A stretch of DNA of 64,000 nucleotides from Octopus bimaculoides (Eukaryota), in contig NC_068985.1 in the NCBI RefSeq assembly GCF_001194135.2, positions 35,785,154 through 35,849,153 on the forward strand. Reading direction: 5' to 3'. How positions within the stretch are numbered: the first letter of the stretch is position 1; every line of letters begins with the position of its first letter. The position numbers and the translations under genes were made by a program. The notes below the pieces were generated by a model that was given only the letters and a program-made list of their open reading frames with translations, was not told where the DNA came from and did not search any database. Below, piece after piece: positions 35,174-48,480 of this stretch.

Positions 35174-37907
35174 CAGTGGCGTGCAGTCTCAGCCATGCAA
35201 GCTATGCGTCGCATGCTCTGTTATATAATCGGAAAATTAGATAAAATAGTTACTTTCTTGCAAAAAATAATCCGTCCAGTTTTCGAAATATTCTGTCTCC
35301 CCTTCCCCTCTCTCAGTGACTAGTAAAAGCTTTGAGAATCCAGCATATAGACACTCCCTTACTCCCTATCTATGTTAGTTTGTCCTTCCTTCTCTCTCTC
35401 TCTCTCTTAGTGACCTGTCAAAAGATATGCTAGGACCGATCTCCCCTTCCCCACTCTCAGTGACTAGTAAAAGCTTTGAGAAGGGTATGCAATGAGAATC
35501 CAGCATATAAACACTCCTAACTCCCTATCTATGTTAGTTTGTCCTTCCTTCCCCCCTCTCTCTCTCTTAGTGACCTGTCAAAAGATATNNNNNNNNNNNN
35601 NNNNNNNNNNNNNNNNNNNNNNNNNNNNNNNNNNNNNNNNNNNNNNNNNNNNNNNNNNNNNNNNNNNNNNNNNNNNNNNNNNNNNNNNNNNNNNNNNNNN
35701 NNNNNNNNNNNNNNNNNNNNNNNNNNNNNNNNNNNNNNNNNNNNNNNNNNNNNNNNNNNNNNNNNNNNNNNNNNNNNNNNNNNNNNNNNNNNNNNNNNNN
35801 NNNNNNNNNNNNNNNNNNNNNNNNNNNNNNNNNNNNNNNNNNNNNNNNNNNNNNNNNNNNNNNNNNNNNNNNNNNNNNNNNNNNNNNNNNNNNNNNNNNN
35901 NNNNNNNNNNNNNNNNNNNNNNNNNNNNNNNNNNNNNNNNNNNNNNNNNNNNNNNNNNNNNNNNNNNNNNNNNNNNNNNNNNNNNNNNNNNNNNNNNNNN
36001 NNNNNNNNNNNNNNNNNNNNNNNNNNNNNNNNNNNNNNNNNNNNNNNNNNNNNNNNNNNNNNNNNNNNNNNNNNNNNNNNNNNNNNNNNNNNNNNNNNNN
36101 NNNNNNNNNNNNNNNNNNNNNNNNNNNNNNNNNNNNNNNNNNNNNNNNNNNNNNNNNNNNNNNNNNNNNNNNNNNNNNNNNNNNNNNNNNNNNNNNNNNN
36201 NNNNNNNNNNNNNNNNNNNNNNNNNNNNNNNNNNNNNNNNNNNNNNNNNNNNNNNNNNNNNNNNNNNNNNNNNNNNNNNNNNNNNNNNNNNNNNNNNNNN
36301 NNNNNNNNNNNNNNNNNNNNNNNNNNNNNNNNNNNNNNNNNNNNNNNNNNNNNNNNNNNNNNNNNNNNNNNNNNNNNNNNNNNNNNNNNNNNNNNNNNNN
36401 NNNNNNNNNNNNNNNNNNNNNNNNNNNNNNNNNNNNNNNNNNNNNNNNNNNNNNNNNNNNNNNNNNNNNNNNNNNNNNNNNNNNNNNNNNNNNNNNNNNN
36501 NNNNNNNNNNNNNNNNNNNNNNNNNNNNNNNNNNNNNNNNNNNNNNNNNNNNNNNNNNNNNNNNNNNNNTTCAACAAAGTTGATGAATATTGCAAACAAT
36601 TTCCTGTGGACTCTATACATTCTTTAAAAATCACTTATGGCAGATTTTTTGATGTAATTCGATTACAAAGTGAGCTCAATGTGACGTATTCAATGAAAGA
36701 TTTTAAAAAGCGAAGTTAAGTCATTTAATGAGTTACATTTACAGCACTGACCTTGTTGAAGCTATGCCAGAACTCTTCAATATGTGCAAGTTGATTTTGA
36801 CAATTCCGTCTACCACTGCTTCTGTAGAGCGATCCTTTTCTGCATTAAGTAGAATCAAAACATACCAAAGAGATGCGACAGGAGAAAGAAGACTGTCTGG
36901 GTTAGCACTAATGTCAATTGAAAAAGATTTACTACAACAATTGATGAAAAGAGAATATTTCTATGAAAATGTGATAGATATATTTGCCCAGGAAGATCGA
37001 AGAATTGAATTAATTTATAAATGAGGTAAATAACATTTAAGAACCTTAAAAAAAAATTAATATATTAAAGGGCATATATTACAGATTTTGGTTAGTGTTT
37101 GTTATAATGTAAGGTTCGACCATCTTACATCAGTATTATTTGGCAGGAGAAATGGTTCGACTTCTTCGTCACGCCTAACCTACATAGGTTTTCCTTTCTG
37201 TGCTGCTGGGTGTAGTCTATTTACGGCCGTAAATGTCTTGTTTCAATCTCAGAGATGTTGACTTCTGCCACAACAGTTTTGGGGGGCTTTTTATAATGTT
37301 GAATTTTCACTGTCTTTCATTGTGTGTGTATTCATGTATATGAGTGTATTTTCAATGTGTGTGCGTGAGACGTAGTCTTTTAATATGCGGAGTTCAGTAA
37401 GTCTCAGAACAGTCTGCTTGAGTATCGATAATTTTCCCAGAATTGACAAGTAGCATGATAAAACACCTGACTTGTCTTCCAGGGCGTAACNNNNNNNNNN
37501 NNNNNNNNNNNNNNNNNNNNNNNNNNNNNNNNNNNNNNNNNNNNNNNNNNNNNNNNNNNNNNNNNNNNNNNNNNNNNNNNNNNNNNNNNNNNNNNNNNNN
37601 NNNNNNNNNNNNNNNNNNNNNNNNNNNNNNNNNNNNNNNNNNNNNNNNNNNNNNNNNNNNNNNNNNNNNNNNNNNNNNNNNNNNNNNNNNNNNNNNNNNN
37701 NNNNNNNNNNNNNNNNNNNNNNNNNNNNNNNNNNNNNNNNNNNNNNNNNNNNNNNNNNNNNNNNNNNNNNNNNNNNNNNNNNNNNNNNNNNNNNNNNNNN
37801 NNNNNNNNNNNNNNNNNNNNNNNNNNNNNNNNNNNNNNNNNNNNNNNNNNNNNNNNNNNNNNNNNNNNNNNNGCATGCCCAACCCCGGAAGTCACCGCAC
37901 GCCACTG
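35174..37907 (+). mobile_element. hAT DNA transposon with both termini (two N gaps inside)
   Basis: TIR CAGTGGCGTGC / GCACGCCACTG; perfect 8-bp TSD ACACATTT at 35166-35173 and 37908-37915; hAT dimerisation domain ILTIPSTTASVERSFSALSRIKTY..RLSGLALMSIE at 36728-37024. Confidence 0.95.
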
Positions 37908-38283
37908 ACACATTTGTTTCTAAACTTAATTTCTCGTTGGGAGGGGAAAAAATTGTTTTGGATCGAAGAAGGAAAAAGTGGAGAGGTCACTCTTCGGTTT
38001 GTTTGATTTTTCACACACGCACGATAAAGAAAACAATATTTTAACAACTTATAAATATTTTCTACTATGAACAATATATATTTTATATATACACCACATG
38101 TACTTTGGACGTTCGGTTTTGAGGAAGTTTTCTTCCCTTAGAAGCTTCGTTGTGACAAAGTTAAAGAATTTAAAAGAATCGCAATGGTATGTTTGTTCTT
38201 CCTCATTTAAGAAATGCATGATTGTCACACAATTCCACCTCAGCCATGTCTTCATACAGACACACACACACACACACATCTAA

Positions 38284-38760
38284 CTGTACTTTCTGTAAGT
38301 CTGTGCTCGATATACCCGGCGTGGGTAACCAGCCAAATCGAGAGCAACCTTGGTATTTAATTTATGTAATAATACAGTTATAAGTACTACCAAGGTACCA
38401 TAAAAGTTACCAAATGTAGAAATATATTAATGTACCCAGAAATTATATAAAACAACACGCATGCATACACCCACCTATACTTCGTGTAAGTTTATACTAG
38501 TTATAACCGGCGTGGATAACCAGTCAAGTCGTGGGTCACCTGGTAATATATATAACAATACAATTATAGGCGGTTTTATGTTTTCCACAATATGTGCCAC
38601 CAAGCTTATTGAATATAAGAAGGCTGGTTTTCCTGAGATATAGAACAACACACTGACGTCTGTACTTCGTGCAAGTTTGTGCTCGATATAAACAGGTGTA
38701 GACAGCCAACCAAGTCGGGGGCCAACTTAGTATTTTTCTGTGTTTTAGTATTTAGAATGC
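38284..38760. repeat. Three diverged ~190-bp tandem units
   Basis: Cores resembling ctgtacttcgtgtaagt-tgtgctcgatata-ccggcgtgga-aacc begin at 38284, 38475 and 38660. Confidence 0.7.
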
Positions 38761-39627
38761 TAGCACACAGGAGCGCAGAAAAATACGTAATATACTAAGA
38801 CAGAAATTAAAACAAAACGCAGGTGAAAAGAATCTCGTGGTGTGAAGAATTAAATGGGGAAAATCAACATATAGACAACAACGGCACAAATAACAGTGAA
38901 CCACAACTCAGCGTATGGTTGTCATGGTAACAAGCTGCTAATGCCACGCTGTCTGTTGATTGGCTAAAATTACCCAAATTTCCTGACTTTAATGTCAAAT
39001 AACCTCAGATTCTTTAATTTACAAGATACAGTAATTGGTTGATCGTAATCAAAATTCAGAGTTGCATCGATACACCAAAATTAAAAGTAATCTGAGCAAA
39101 ATTAAGGGGGGCTCATTTTGCGAATGAGAAAGACTAGATCCCTTAATTTANNNNNNNNNNNNNNNNNNNNNNNNNNNNNNNNNNNNNNNNNNNNNNNNNN
39201 NNNNNNNNNNNNNNNNNNNNNNNNNNNNNNNNNNNNNNNNNNNNNNNNNNNNNNNNNNNNNNNNNNNNNNNNNNNNNNNNNNNNNNNNNNNNNNNNNNNN
39301 NNNNNNNNNNNNNNNNNNNNNNNNNNNNNNNNNNNNNNNNNNNNNNNNNNNNNNNNNNNNNNNNNNNNNNNNNNNNNNNNNNNNNNNNNNNNNNNNNNNN
39401 NNNNNNNNNNNNNNNNNNNNNNNNNNNNNNNNNNNNNNNNNNNNNNNNNNNNNNNNNNNNNNNNNNNNNNNNNNNNNNNNNNNNNNNNNNNNNNNNNNNN
39501 NNNNNNNNNNNNNNNNNNNNNNNNNNNNNNNNNNNNNNNNNNNNNNNNNNNNNNNNNNNNNNNNNNNNNNNNNNNNNNNNNNNNNNNNNNNNNNNNNNNN
39601 NNNNNNNNNNNNNNNNNNNNNNNNNNN

Positions 39628-42600
39628 ATCGTAAATTGTGGCCAGAGATAAAGTTACCTATCCTTTTACCCTTGTCTTCCATACTGCCTCTTTCGCTATT
39701 GCTACAACCGTGAGAAAACTATTCTTACCTTCGTTTGTTAAAACTCTCGGTAGGTCAATTATTTTATAATTGACTCAGTCGTGTACTCTTCCTTCGCCGG
39801 ACAACAGGTGTTCAGCATAAGCCCACATTTCAGATATCTTCGGACATTGAACAATAGCGTGAGGGACGGTTTCCCTGTCTTCCCCGCATCTTGGATAGGT
39901 CGGCGACTGACGCTTACCGTGTCTTGTGAGCTTATCCAAAACGTGCAAGGCACCTCTGTAGCATTGCCAGGTTAAGGACTTTTGGAAATTACCCAACGTT
40001 CTCAACCCGAATGTACGGTGAAACAGGCTGTCCAGTTGAATAAACCCGAGACCCCAGGCATTCTTTGCATTCAGACTCTACCAACCTACTATATAAAATC
40101 CGTGTGGACCCCCACCGCTGGCGTTGCCTGAGCGCCTGAATTGCAAGAGGGCCTTACGGCACTCTTTATGCCATTCACTCGACCTCGGTCTACGAGAACA
40201 CCAGGCTTCTTGTTCGCAAAAACTTTTGAACTCGGGGAACATTTGTCTGGCCAGCGGAGACCACACCCGTTCACTATCCAGGAGAATCCAGAGGTGCCTC
40301 AGCCTCAACCCATGCCTGCGCATCATTAACCAAGGCATCCCTAAACCTCCTTTTAGAGGTTTTTGACAGCAGACAGAGCGTTTCACAAGTGGCGACCTGC
40401 CCTTCCACAAAAAGCGAAAGAGCTGTCTCTCCAACCTGATCAACCACAAATCCGGCCAGGCGGTAGGTAATGACCGATGCGATAAACACATTGGCCACCT
40501 CCGCCCTCCCTTTCAAGGATAGCCACCGCCAAGACCAGGTCTTGACTACTGCAGCCACCATGCTCAATACCTCCGTCCAGTTCTTCTCTATCTGGAGACC
40601 TGGTCCAAACCAAACTCCCAGCAACTTAACTGGTCCCTCCGTCCAGTGCCCAACAACGCTGTCTGAAGGCATCGACTTGCCAACCCAGGTGCCGAGCTGC
40701 AAGCCGACCGACTTTTCCCGGTTAATCTTTGCTCCTGCCACCTCCTCGTAAGCCTCAATAGCCTTACCCACTTCACGTAAGCGTGCTACTGAGGTTACGC
40801 TGATAGTGATATCATCCCCGTAAGCCGTAACAAACTCCTCTAGATCTGGTTCTCTCGGGATGCCACTCAACCTTCGCAGTAAGGGCTCGAGAGCCACCAC
40901 ATACAAAAGTGGTGAGAGCGGACATCCTTGACGAACTAAGCGTCTGATGCAGAACGGTTTCGAATGGAAACCATTCACCCGAACTATCGAGTCAATGTTG
41001 TGGTACAAAGCAATAAACCACCTGAGGAAGCCAAGGCCTAGGCCGAACCACGCAAGCACAGTCGCCAGGTATCGATGGTCAACCCTATCAAAAGCTTTAG
41101 ACTGGTCCAAATGTACCAATGCCCCACCTTTGCCAGATTTATTACCAACCCTCTCTATGGTACAAGCGAATAAGATGGAGGGTGTCCTGAATGGTTTCGC
41201 CTGGGATGGCACATGTCTATGCCTCCCCGACTATACCATTCGCGACACGAGCCAACCTTTTTGCTAAGACCTTGGCCAAAATCTTCACTTCTGTGTTTAA
41301 CAGAGTGATGGGCCTGAAATTCTCTATAACATCCCCCTTGTCCGGGTCCTTTCTGACCAACGTCACTACTCTCCGGCGCACAGATCTGGGGATAAACACA
41401 TTCTGTTGCCAGTTCTCGTACACGTCAGTTAGTAGATGCCCGAACAAGTCTGGCATACATTTATACAACTCGTACGGAAGACCATCAAGTCCCGGCGACT
41501 TACCCGCTTTACAGTCAGCCAAAGCCTCCATCACCTCCACAGGCGTGATTGGCCCTTCGCAAGACTCCGCATCCGACCCCGAGAGACACGGCAGCCAGGC
41601 AAGAAAGTCCTCGAAGGCTCTCCCACCACCAGGACCACCGTCACCTCCGAACAGCTGGGCGAAGTACTCCCGAAAGGCCTCACACATTTTCTCGGGTTCG
41701 TTTACCAAGACACCATTTATCTTGCCACAACTGAATTATCTTGCCACAACTGGATGTCAGGTCAAGAACGACCAACCTGCCTCTGGGTCAGAAAAAACCA
41801 ACTTTTTCTCGGCTACCCGGTTTCTTTTTAGTAGGACCAACACCCCACCCCACCTCCCGTCCGACTCGGAGAAACGTATTTCTCATAGTAAGACAGGAGG
41901 GGGAGCAGATCTCTTGGCCTCTTTACCCGGGTTTCCGTTGCAACAATCACATCCAATTTTCTTGACCTGATGTCATTTAGGAAGCGTCCTTGCTTCCAGC
42001 TAGACATCAGGCCACGAACATTTATACAACCAATGTGAATAGACATGACTTACCTGTTAATCAGGGCTGTCCGGTGGAGAGAGACCCTCCACCTTTTCTT
42101 GATACAGGGTCAGAGGTGGCAGGTTTTGGGAAATAGATTTGTTAAAATCCCGTCTCATTACCGACACAGAATTATCTTTTCTCGCGGGATAGGGGCTGGT
42201 AATCCATGAAATATTGAATTATTAAAGTCCAGTCTCATTGATGCTACTGTCTTACGGTATTTGTTCTGTAAAATTCTGTGAGTCTTATTTGAGACTTCAT
42301 ACACGTCATAGTTGGTAAATTTCTCCGAAAGGTTATCTATTTGTTTTGCATTCTTAATCAATTGAATGTCTCTCATTAGCTCAGTATCTTTAGTGTATAC
42401 GGCTATTATGCCTTTTTCCTCTTCTGGCAGTCTTTTTTGGTCGTTGTTCTGTAGTAGTTGCCACTCTCGGTTGAGTTGCTGATTGTATTTTCCTTTTGCT
42501 TGTTGTTTTCTTCTCATCTTTTTCTTCTTCCTTTTTTCTTCTTTCTCCTCTTCCTCCTTTTCCTCATCGGGGTTTTCGGCCCTCAACAAACACCACGAGG

Positions 42601-43650
42601 GTCTCCTCCTCTATCTCAGTTGTCTCGGGAATTGCTTCAATTATTTTAGGGTCAGCTTGGATGAGGAGACTAACTGTTTGACCAGTTCAGTTAGCGTTTT
42701 CGGTAGCGGCAGCCTGGAGGAGAGTAATTTTCTCTTCCTGTTTGATTAGGACTGCCGCCGTCAACCACATAGGATCCACTTCCGGTGGGCCCTTGTGATT
42801 TTAATTCTGGACGTTCTCATCCCCATATAAGTGGGGATGAGCGTCACGTCGTCCGTTTTCAGCGTTTCTACTGAATGTTTTGTGCAATTTCTTTGTTGGT
42901 AAACTTTACTTCCACCGTACCAAATTTCCTGCCTGTTATCAGATAAACCACGTCGCTCCAGATTGGCTTCAGGCACTTCTCTATCTTCTCTTCTGTAATA
43001 TTTTCAATTTTTCTTTTTTGCAAACAGTAAGTTTTGAATATTATTGTTTTGGTGGTTGTATTTTAACCACATTATCGTTTATTTGCATCATTTCACTGTA
43101 TTTCATGAAATCACACTTATTCGTCGAAAGCAGCCGGGTTCCACCCCCAGCTGCCAACGCAACACTTTTTTTTTTCTTTTTTTGCTTGTTCAGTTTGAAT
43201 GCTAGGAGTATCAATTATTCTTTTTGGACACAATACTTTTGTTTTTTGACAAACTCGGGAATTCTTCTATAGAAAGTTCTGATGAGCTTTCAGACACATC
43301 TCCAAATAACTCATACATTTTGTTATTCTTTTTTGCAACGGGGGAATCAAAAATTCCATTTTCGGGGGAATCCACTATTTCTTTGTTCGTAGTTGGCTCC
43401 TCGCCAGACAACATGTAATTCTTCGTTTCAACAGGAGAAACAAACATTTTTGTTCCAACGGTAGGCTCCTCGCTAGACGACATTCTTCCCACCAACGCGG
43501 AAATGAACAACGTGTGCTTTCTACAAGCACTTATTGTTTTCTCTAACAGTTACGAAATTCAACAATTTAACAAGAAACAGCAGTTATTAACAATATTAAC
43601 ACTAAGAAACAGCATTTTTCACCACGAACACATATGCGATGCATAAGAAA
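39628..43650 (-). mobile_element. L1/Tx1-clade LINE, near full length, decayed (ORF1 about 43510-42050, ORF2 42046 to about 39775)
   Basis: ORF2 starts with the APE motif GCINVRG..DVIVATET; RT motifs FRPITLLNTEVKILAK, LDQSKAFDRV, RQGCPLSPLLY and YGDD (decayed YADD); C-terminal Cys/His motif; frameshifts and an endonuclease deletion. Confidence 0.93.
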
Positions 43651-43654
43651 CAAA

Positions 43655-43940
43655 GGAGACAGACGAAATACCACTAAGCATTTCGCCCGGCGTGCTAACG
43701 TTTCTTATTTCTTTACTGCCCACAAGGGGCTACACACAGAGGGAACAAACAAGGACAGGCAAACGGATTAAGTCGATTACATCAACCCCAGTGCGTAACT
43801 GGTACTTAATTTATCGACCCCGAAAGGATGAAAGGCAAAGTCGATCTCGGCCGAATTTAAACTCAGAACGTAACGGCAGACGAAATACCGCTAAGCATTT
43901 CGCCCGGCGTGCTAACATTTCTGCCATCTCGCCGCCTTAG
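43655..43940 (-). mobile_element. tRNA-derived SINE followed by a partial second head
   Basis: Reverse complement begins aaggcggcgagatggcagaaatgttagcacgccgggcg; same family as 6597-6815; head segment repeated at about 43657-43704. Confidence 0.8.
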
Positions 43941-45359
43941 GGAGATGTCTTCATGCTTGATCAGGTGTTAAATTGAGAGAAAACGTTTTTTTTTTTTTTT
44001 GCTGGAGAGGAGCTACATGACTACTCAGAATATTGGATGAGGCTGGAGCAAAATAAAAGATTATTTGTGAGGTATCTAGGTGAACATGTAAGTACGAAGT
44101 GAGTTGGAACAGGGACTGCAGGTGGGAAGTTGCAAGAGTATTGGAGAGTAATAGCTGATTAGAGAGGGCGAATATAATGAACTGATGAGGGCATAAATAG
44201 GGAAAAGTAAAACTGTGGAATGAAGAACAGAAGGACCAGAAAGAGAGATGACGTTTTGTTGCAAGAGTGTACCTGATTACTTGTTGGGAAGACTTAAGTA
44301 AGGCTGCAGTTTAATACATGGTCTGGGTAAAGGTGATATAGTGTTACATGACTTTGGAGAAGAGTGGTCAGTGGTGTAACTAGAAAAATTGATTTTAATT
44401 TAGGTGCAAAATAATGATTTTGAGGGTTTAGGTGATACCATTGACCCAATACTTGACTGGTATTTTATTTTATTCTTTTATCCTAGAGGAATGAAATACA
44501 AAGTTGATCTTGATTGGATTTGAAACCAGAAAGTAAAGAACTGGAAGAAATACTGCAAAGTATTTTGTCTGAAGCTCAAGCGATTCTGAGAGCTTGCCTC
44601 CTGAAATAATTTCAATAATAAAGGACTGAAATGGGCTAAATGTTTTGCACTATTTTGATTTATTCTCGTATTTTCTGATTACAAATTTCTCTTGATTGAT
44701 ATAAAATAAATACTTAGGTCTGTATTTGGATTGAGCTAATTTACTGTTGTCTTACCTAAGAAATTTCTAACCTTCTGCTAGTCTATTTTCTTTCATTGAT
44801 CACCACTGCTCGAACACTGTTGTTGAACTTACAGAAATAACTATTTGTCAAGACAGTCATACCGTTCGAATTACAGCAACTTTCTTTCTTCGCAAGTTTT
44901 GTTTGCAGCAGCAACACTTGAAACAAATAGAATCATCACTCATTATTTACAGCAATGCATTATATTGCTACTTGGAAGCTTTGGTGGATGTTAGAAGCTC
45001 TGGGCACAGTAACAATGAAAGGAGACTGGTTTGTGCAGTACGTTATTAATCATTTATACCCCCACCACCACCACCACCAAAAAAATGGCATAGAGTAAGC
45101 AATCCTGGAGATTATTACATTAATAGACACAGTAGTATTTCAACTTAATTATGGACCAGAAATTGGAGATTTGTAAATACATTCAGCTTATGAAGCAAAT
45201 AGTATTTTGTTAGATATCTCACTTACTCTCTATAACTGAGGGACATTCACCATAAGTGCAACAGATGTAAGACGACTATCCGGTTTACAAAGGATGCTTT
45301 CGTGCATCAGATAGCGCTCCTAAACTGTAGTAAATCCTTTTGGTCCATTGCTAAAGATA

Positions 45360-45943
45360 TCTCCACCAACATTGAGGACACATTCCAACCTCACCATCCC
45401 TATACATCCCATCCCATCCTACCCCTTAGACCCCGCTCTCGTTTCCCCACTCTCACCTCCCTCACACCCCAACACCACCACACACCACACTACATACCAC
45501 CACACCACACACCACACACCACACACCACACCACACATCACCACACCACACCACCATACCACACCACATCACACCACCCCGCACACACTAGCACTGACCA
45601 CTTCCTAGCGCCTGCACCATCATCCACACACCTACACATGCACACACGCACACGTCAAGGTCACCAGCCCCTTCCACACGCACATACACGCTCTCACATA
45701 CACACGCATGCGTACCTTCGATTTGGGATCACCACTACATTATTATCTCCCCTTCTTCCTCACTCTCCTGTGTGATCCCTCTGTCCGGCATTCGCCATCA
45801 TAGATCGCTAGCCACTAAACCTTTTTCTATTTTCTCTCCCTGCTTTTTTTCTGTGTTCCTTTCTATCGAAGAGCGTAGGCTCGAAACATAAAAGACTTTC
45901 TCACTTCCCGAGCGTTAAACTAACACATCTGTTTGTTGTTTAC
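45360..45943 (+). mobile_element. Penelope-like element 3' end / pseudo-LTR with (CAC)n-rich tract
   Basis: CAC-rich low-complexity tract at 45470-45600 followed by a decayed minimal hammerhead-like motif at 45859-45894. Family assignment is inferred from that motif. Confidence 0.45.
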
Positions 45944-46130
45944 NNNNNNNNNNNNNNNNNNNNNNNNNNNNNNNNNNNNNNNNNNNNNNNNNNNNNNNNN
46001 NNNNNNNNNNNNNNNNNNNNNNNNNNNNNNNNNNNNNNNNNNNNNNNNNNNNNNNNNNNNNNNNNNNNNNNNNNNNNNNNNNNNNNNNNNNNNNNNNNNN
46101 NNNNNNNNNNNNNATATATAATATACATAC

Positions 46131-46164
<34 letters not shown>

Positions 46165-46687
46165 ATATATATAGTCAACAGATGAGATCCCGAGATTCTC
46201 AGTATAGGAGACATTTAATAGCGTTCAAATGATTCAAACTTAGACCCCGATGACTTTACAGGGGATCAGTTCCGTAGGGTAAAGAACGGCCATACGAGGG
46301 ATCAAGTTGAGCTAATATGGAAACAATTATGCGGATTAACAAGTTAAATATATCAAATATTACAGCTTGGGTATAAAATACAAAATATGCTTATATGTAT
46401 ACATGTAAAACGAGAGAAAGTAAAGAGTGGAGACTTTCAGACGATATTTGAGTATAAATATACAGATATTTATATCAACAGATGCAACCTACACAAAGTA
46501 AAAACGGCAGAGAAAATTAAAGCGGGAGTAAGTAAGGTGTTATAAGTTCAACAACCGCTTGTGGGGGATCGGAGATCCATCATAATGTTGGTAGATGTAG
46601 GTCATAACACTATGCGAGCCGCAATGGAAGAAATCAACATTGGATAAAACTCGCCTCCGTCATCAGGGTAGAAAGAGCTTGCATATA

Positions 46688-47040
46688 CAAGGTCTGATCA
46701 ATAAGTATCCGGAATGTTGCCATAGTAACGAAGCTAAAGCACGTAGAGTAAAGCTGCTCGGCAAAGGTTGACCTTGAACTCTGCTCTGCATGCACACTTA
46801 GTTTTAACGTTCTAGCTTACTTTCGCTGTTTACAGCAGTGCTTGGAAGGAACGTGTGTAGCCTGTTATTATCGCATTGGCCATGACAGATAAAGTTGTCA
46901 TGGCGATACCTGCTCAGAGGTCAACACAAAGTTGCAGAAAGTGTATGGAGAAGGAATGTACGAGCCGTACACAAGTGTACTAGTAGTTCAGACGTGTTCA
47001 AGATGGCCGAAAAAATATTGATATTGACGAACGTTCTAGA
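46688..47040 (+). mobile_element. Mariner 5' fragment
   Basis: TA plus caaggtctgatcaataagtatccgg terminus; HTH remnant KVYGEG-CTSRTQVY**FRRVQDGR. Confidence 0.7.
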
Positions 47041-47129
47041 AGTGTTTTATATATATAAAGTGTTTTATATATATAAATATATATGTACGTGTGTGTGTGT
47101 GTAATTGTTTTGCCAACCTATGCACTATT

Positions 47130-48480
47130 TTACCATATGATATACATGTTATATTTCATTTGTAGGATTCCCATTTTTCAGTACCAATTCACCTCTTAAT
47201 TGTGTTATTTCTTCCTCCTATTTACTATTTACAATAAATCTAGTCCTTTCTTATAAACAATGTTACGTCTTTTTCCTGAAGGAGCATAAACAAAAAGATG
47301 GCGTGGACTTCGAACACTTGTATATGCAACATACTTCTGCTCGTGTGAAAAACAATGTTCTACAAGTTGTAGTTCAGCAACATAAAATGTTTGTCCTTGT
47401 GATTTATTTATAGACATGGCAAAACTGAGTTTTACAGAAAATTTCAGGCTTTTGAATACAAAAGATATTTTTGTGTCAGATGGTATTAAGGGTATTATGA
47501 GTATAAAATCATTTCACATGGAACAACCAATTAAAATAGTGGCCTGAATAATATGGGGTATTAATTTTTTTTTACCACCAGTCTAGTGCCATTTCAAAGC
47601 CGAGGCTGGTAGTAGCATTATGGTGGCTCCACTTTTTAACAGAAGTGGTGTGATGGGAGCCCAAGAGGTTCCAAAAAATTTAAGAATTCAATCGGATAGT
47701 TGACAACCTCTGCAGGATCTGGAATTGAATCTACAGATTTATAGACCTTTGTAATTTCCGAATTGCAATCTGATAGTATATTGTGCTCACAAGGATTTTA
47801 TTTTATTTTATTTTTTGCTGCAAGTATTGTCCCTTTTATGTAAATATGATTTTGTTAGGTGGTCCTGAAAATTTCGAAATACTTTTGCTGATAGTTCATC
47901 GATTAATGAAACTGATGTACTAATTAGAGATGTATCTAGACAACTATTTCTATCAAGAGTTATCCTACCTTCTCCAAGTTACAATGAATTTTGAATAAAT
48001 TTTACAGACAAATCCTCACCGAAAAATATGAATCTTATATTCTTAGTTAGGCTCATTCTTGTTATATGTTTCCACAAATATGATGATTTCAAGCAAGCTA
48101 TTAACTCATTCACTTTAGTGCTCTTTGGTATTACAGGCAAAGTCTGGTGAAAGTCTTCTGATACTACAGTGGTAACCCCATCCATCAATACTTGAGAATT
48201 TCTTAAATCCTGCAAGCTTCGATTCAGAGCTTCCAAAGACGTTTTGCTTGCCATCGTGCACTTATCCCAAACAATGAGATGACACCTCCTTAGTACCTCT
48301 CCCATCTCAGATGTTTTACTAATATTAGTATATTGTTGTTAGCTAAATTTAAGGGCAATATGAAAGTAGAGTGAGCTGTTCGTCCTCCCGGAAAGTAGCA
48401 TAGCAGAAATATCTGAAAAAGTAACAGCCAAAGCAATTTATTTTTCTATCGTCGAACTTGGGTAAGTAACAGCTTAGTAA
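47130..48480 (-). mobile_element. Helitron PIF1-helicase remnant
   Basis: GGRTAHSTFILPLNL, LIVWDKCTM, EDFHQTLPVIP and MSINKSQGQT..CFSHEQKYVA motifs, with stops and a large internal deletion. Confidence 0.9.

Noticed and set aside
43657-43925. ~45-bp direct repeat flanking the SINE, at first suggesting a large TSD
   Set aside because: It is the SINE's own head sequence repeated as a partial second copy, not target sequence.
45302-45775. 157-aa His/Thr/Pro-rich ORF
   Set aside because: It is the translation of a (CAC)n-type low-complexity tract in a repeat.
46600-46670. Minus-strand CTGATGA followed by a possible stem, tested as a third hammerhead
   Set aside because: No GAAA follows the putative stem II and there is no stem I/III pairing.
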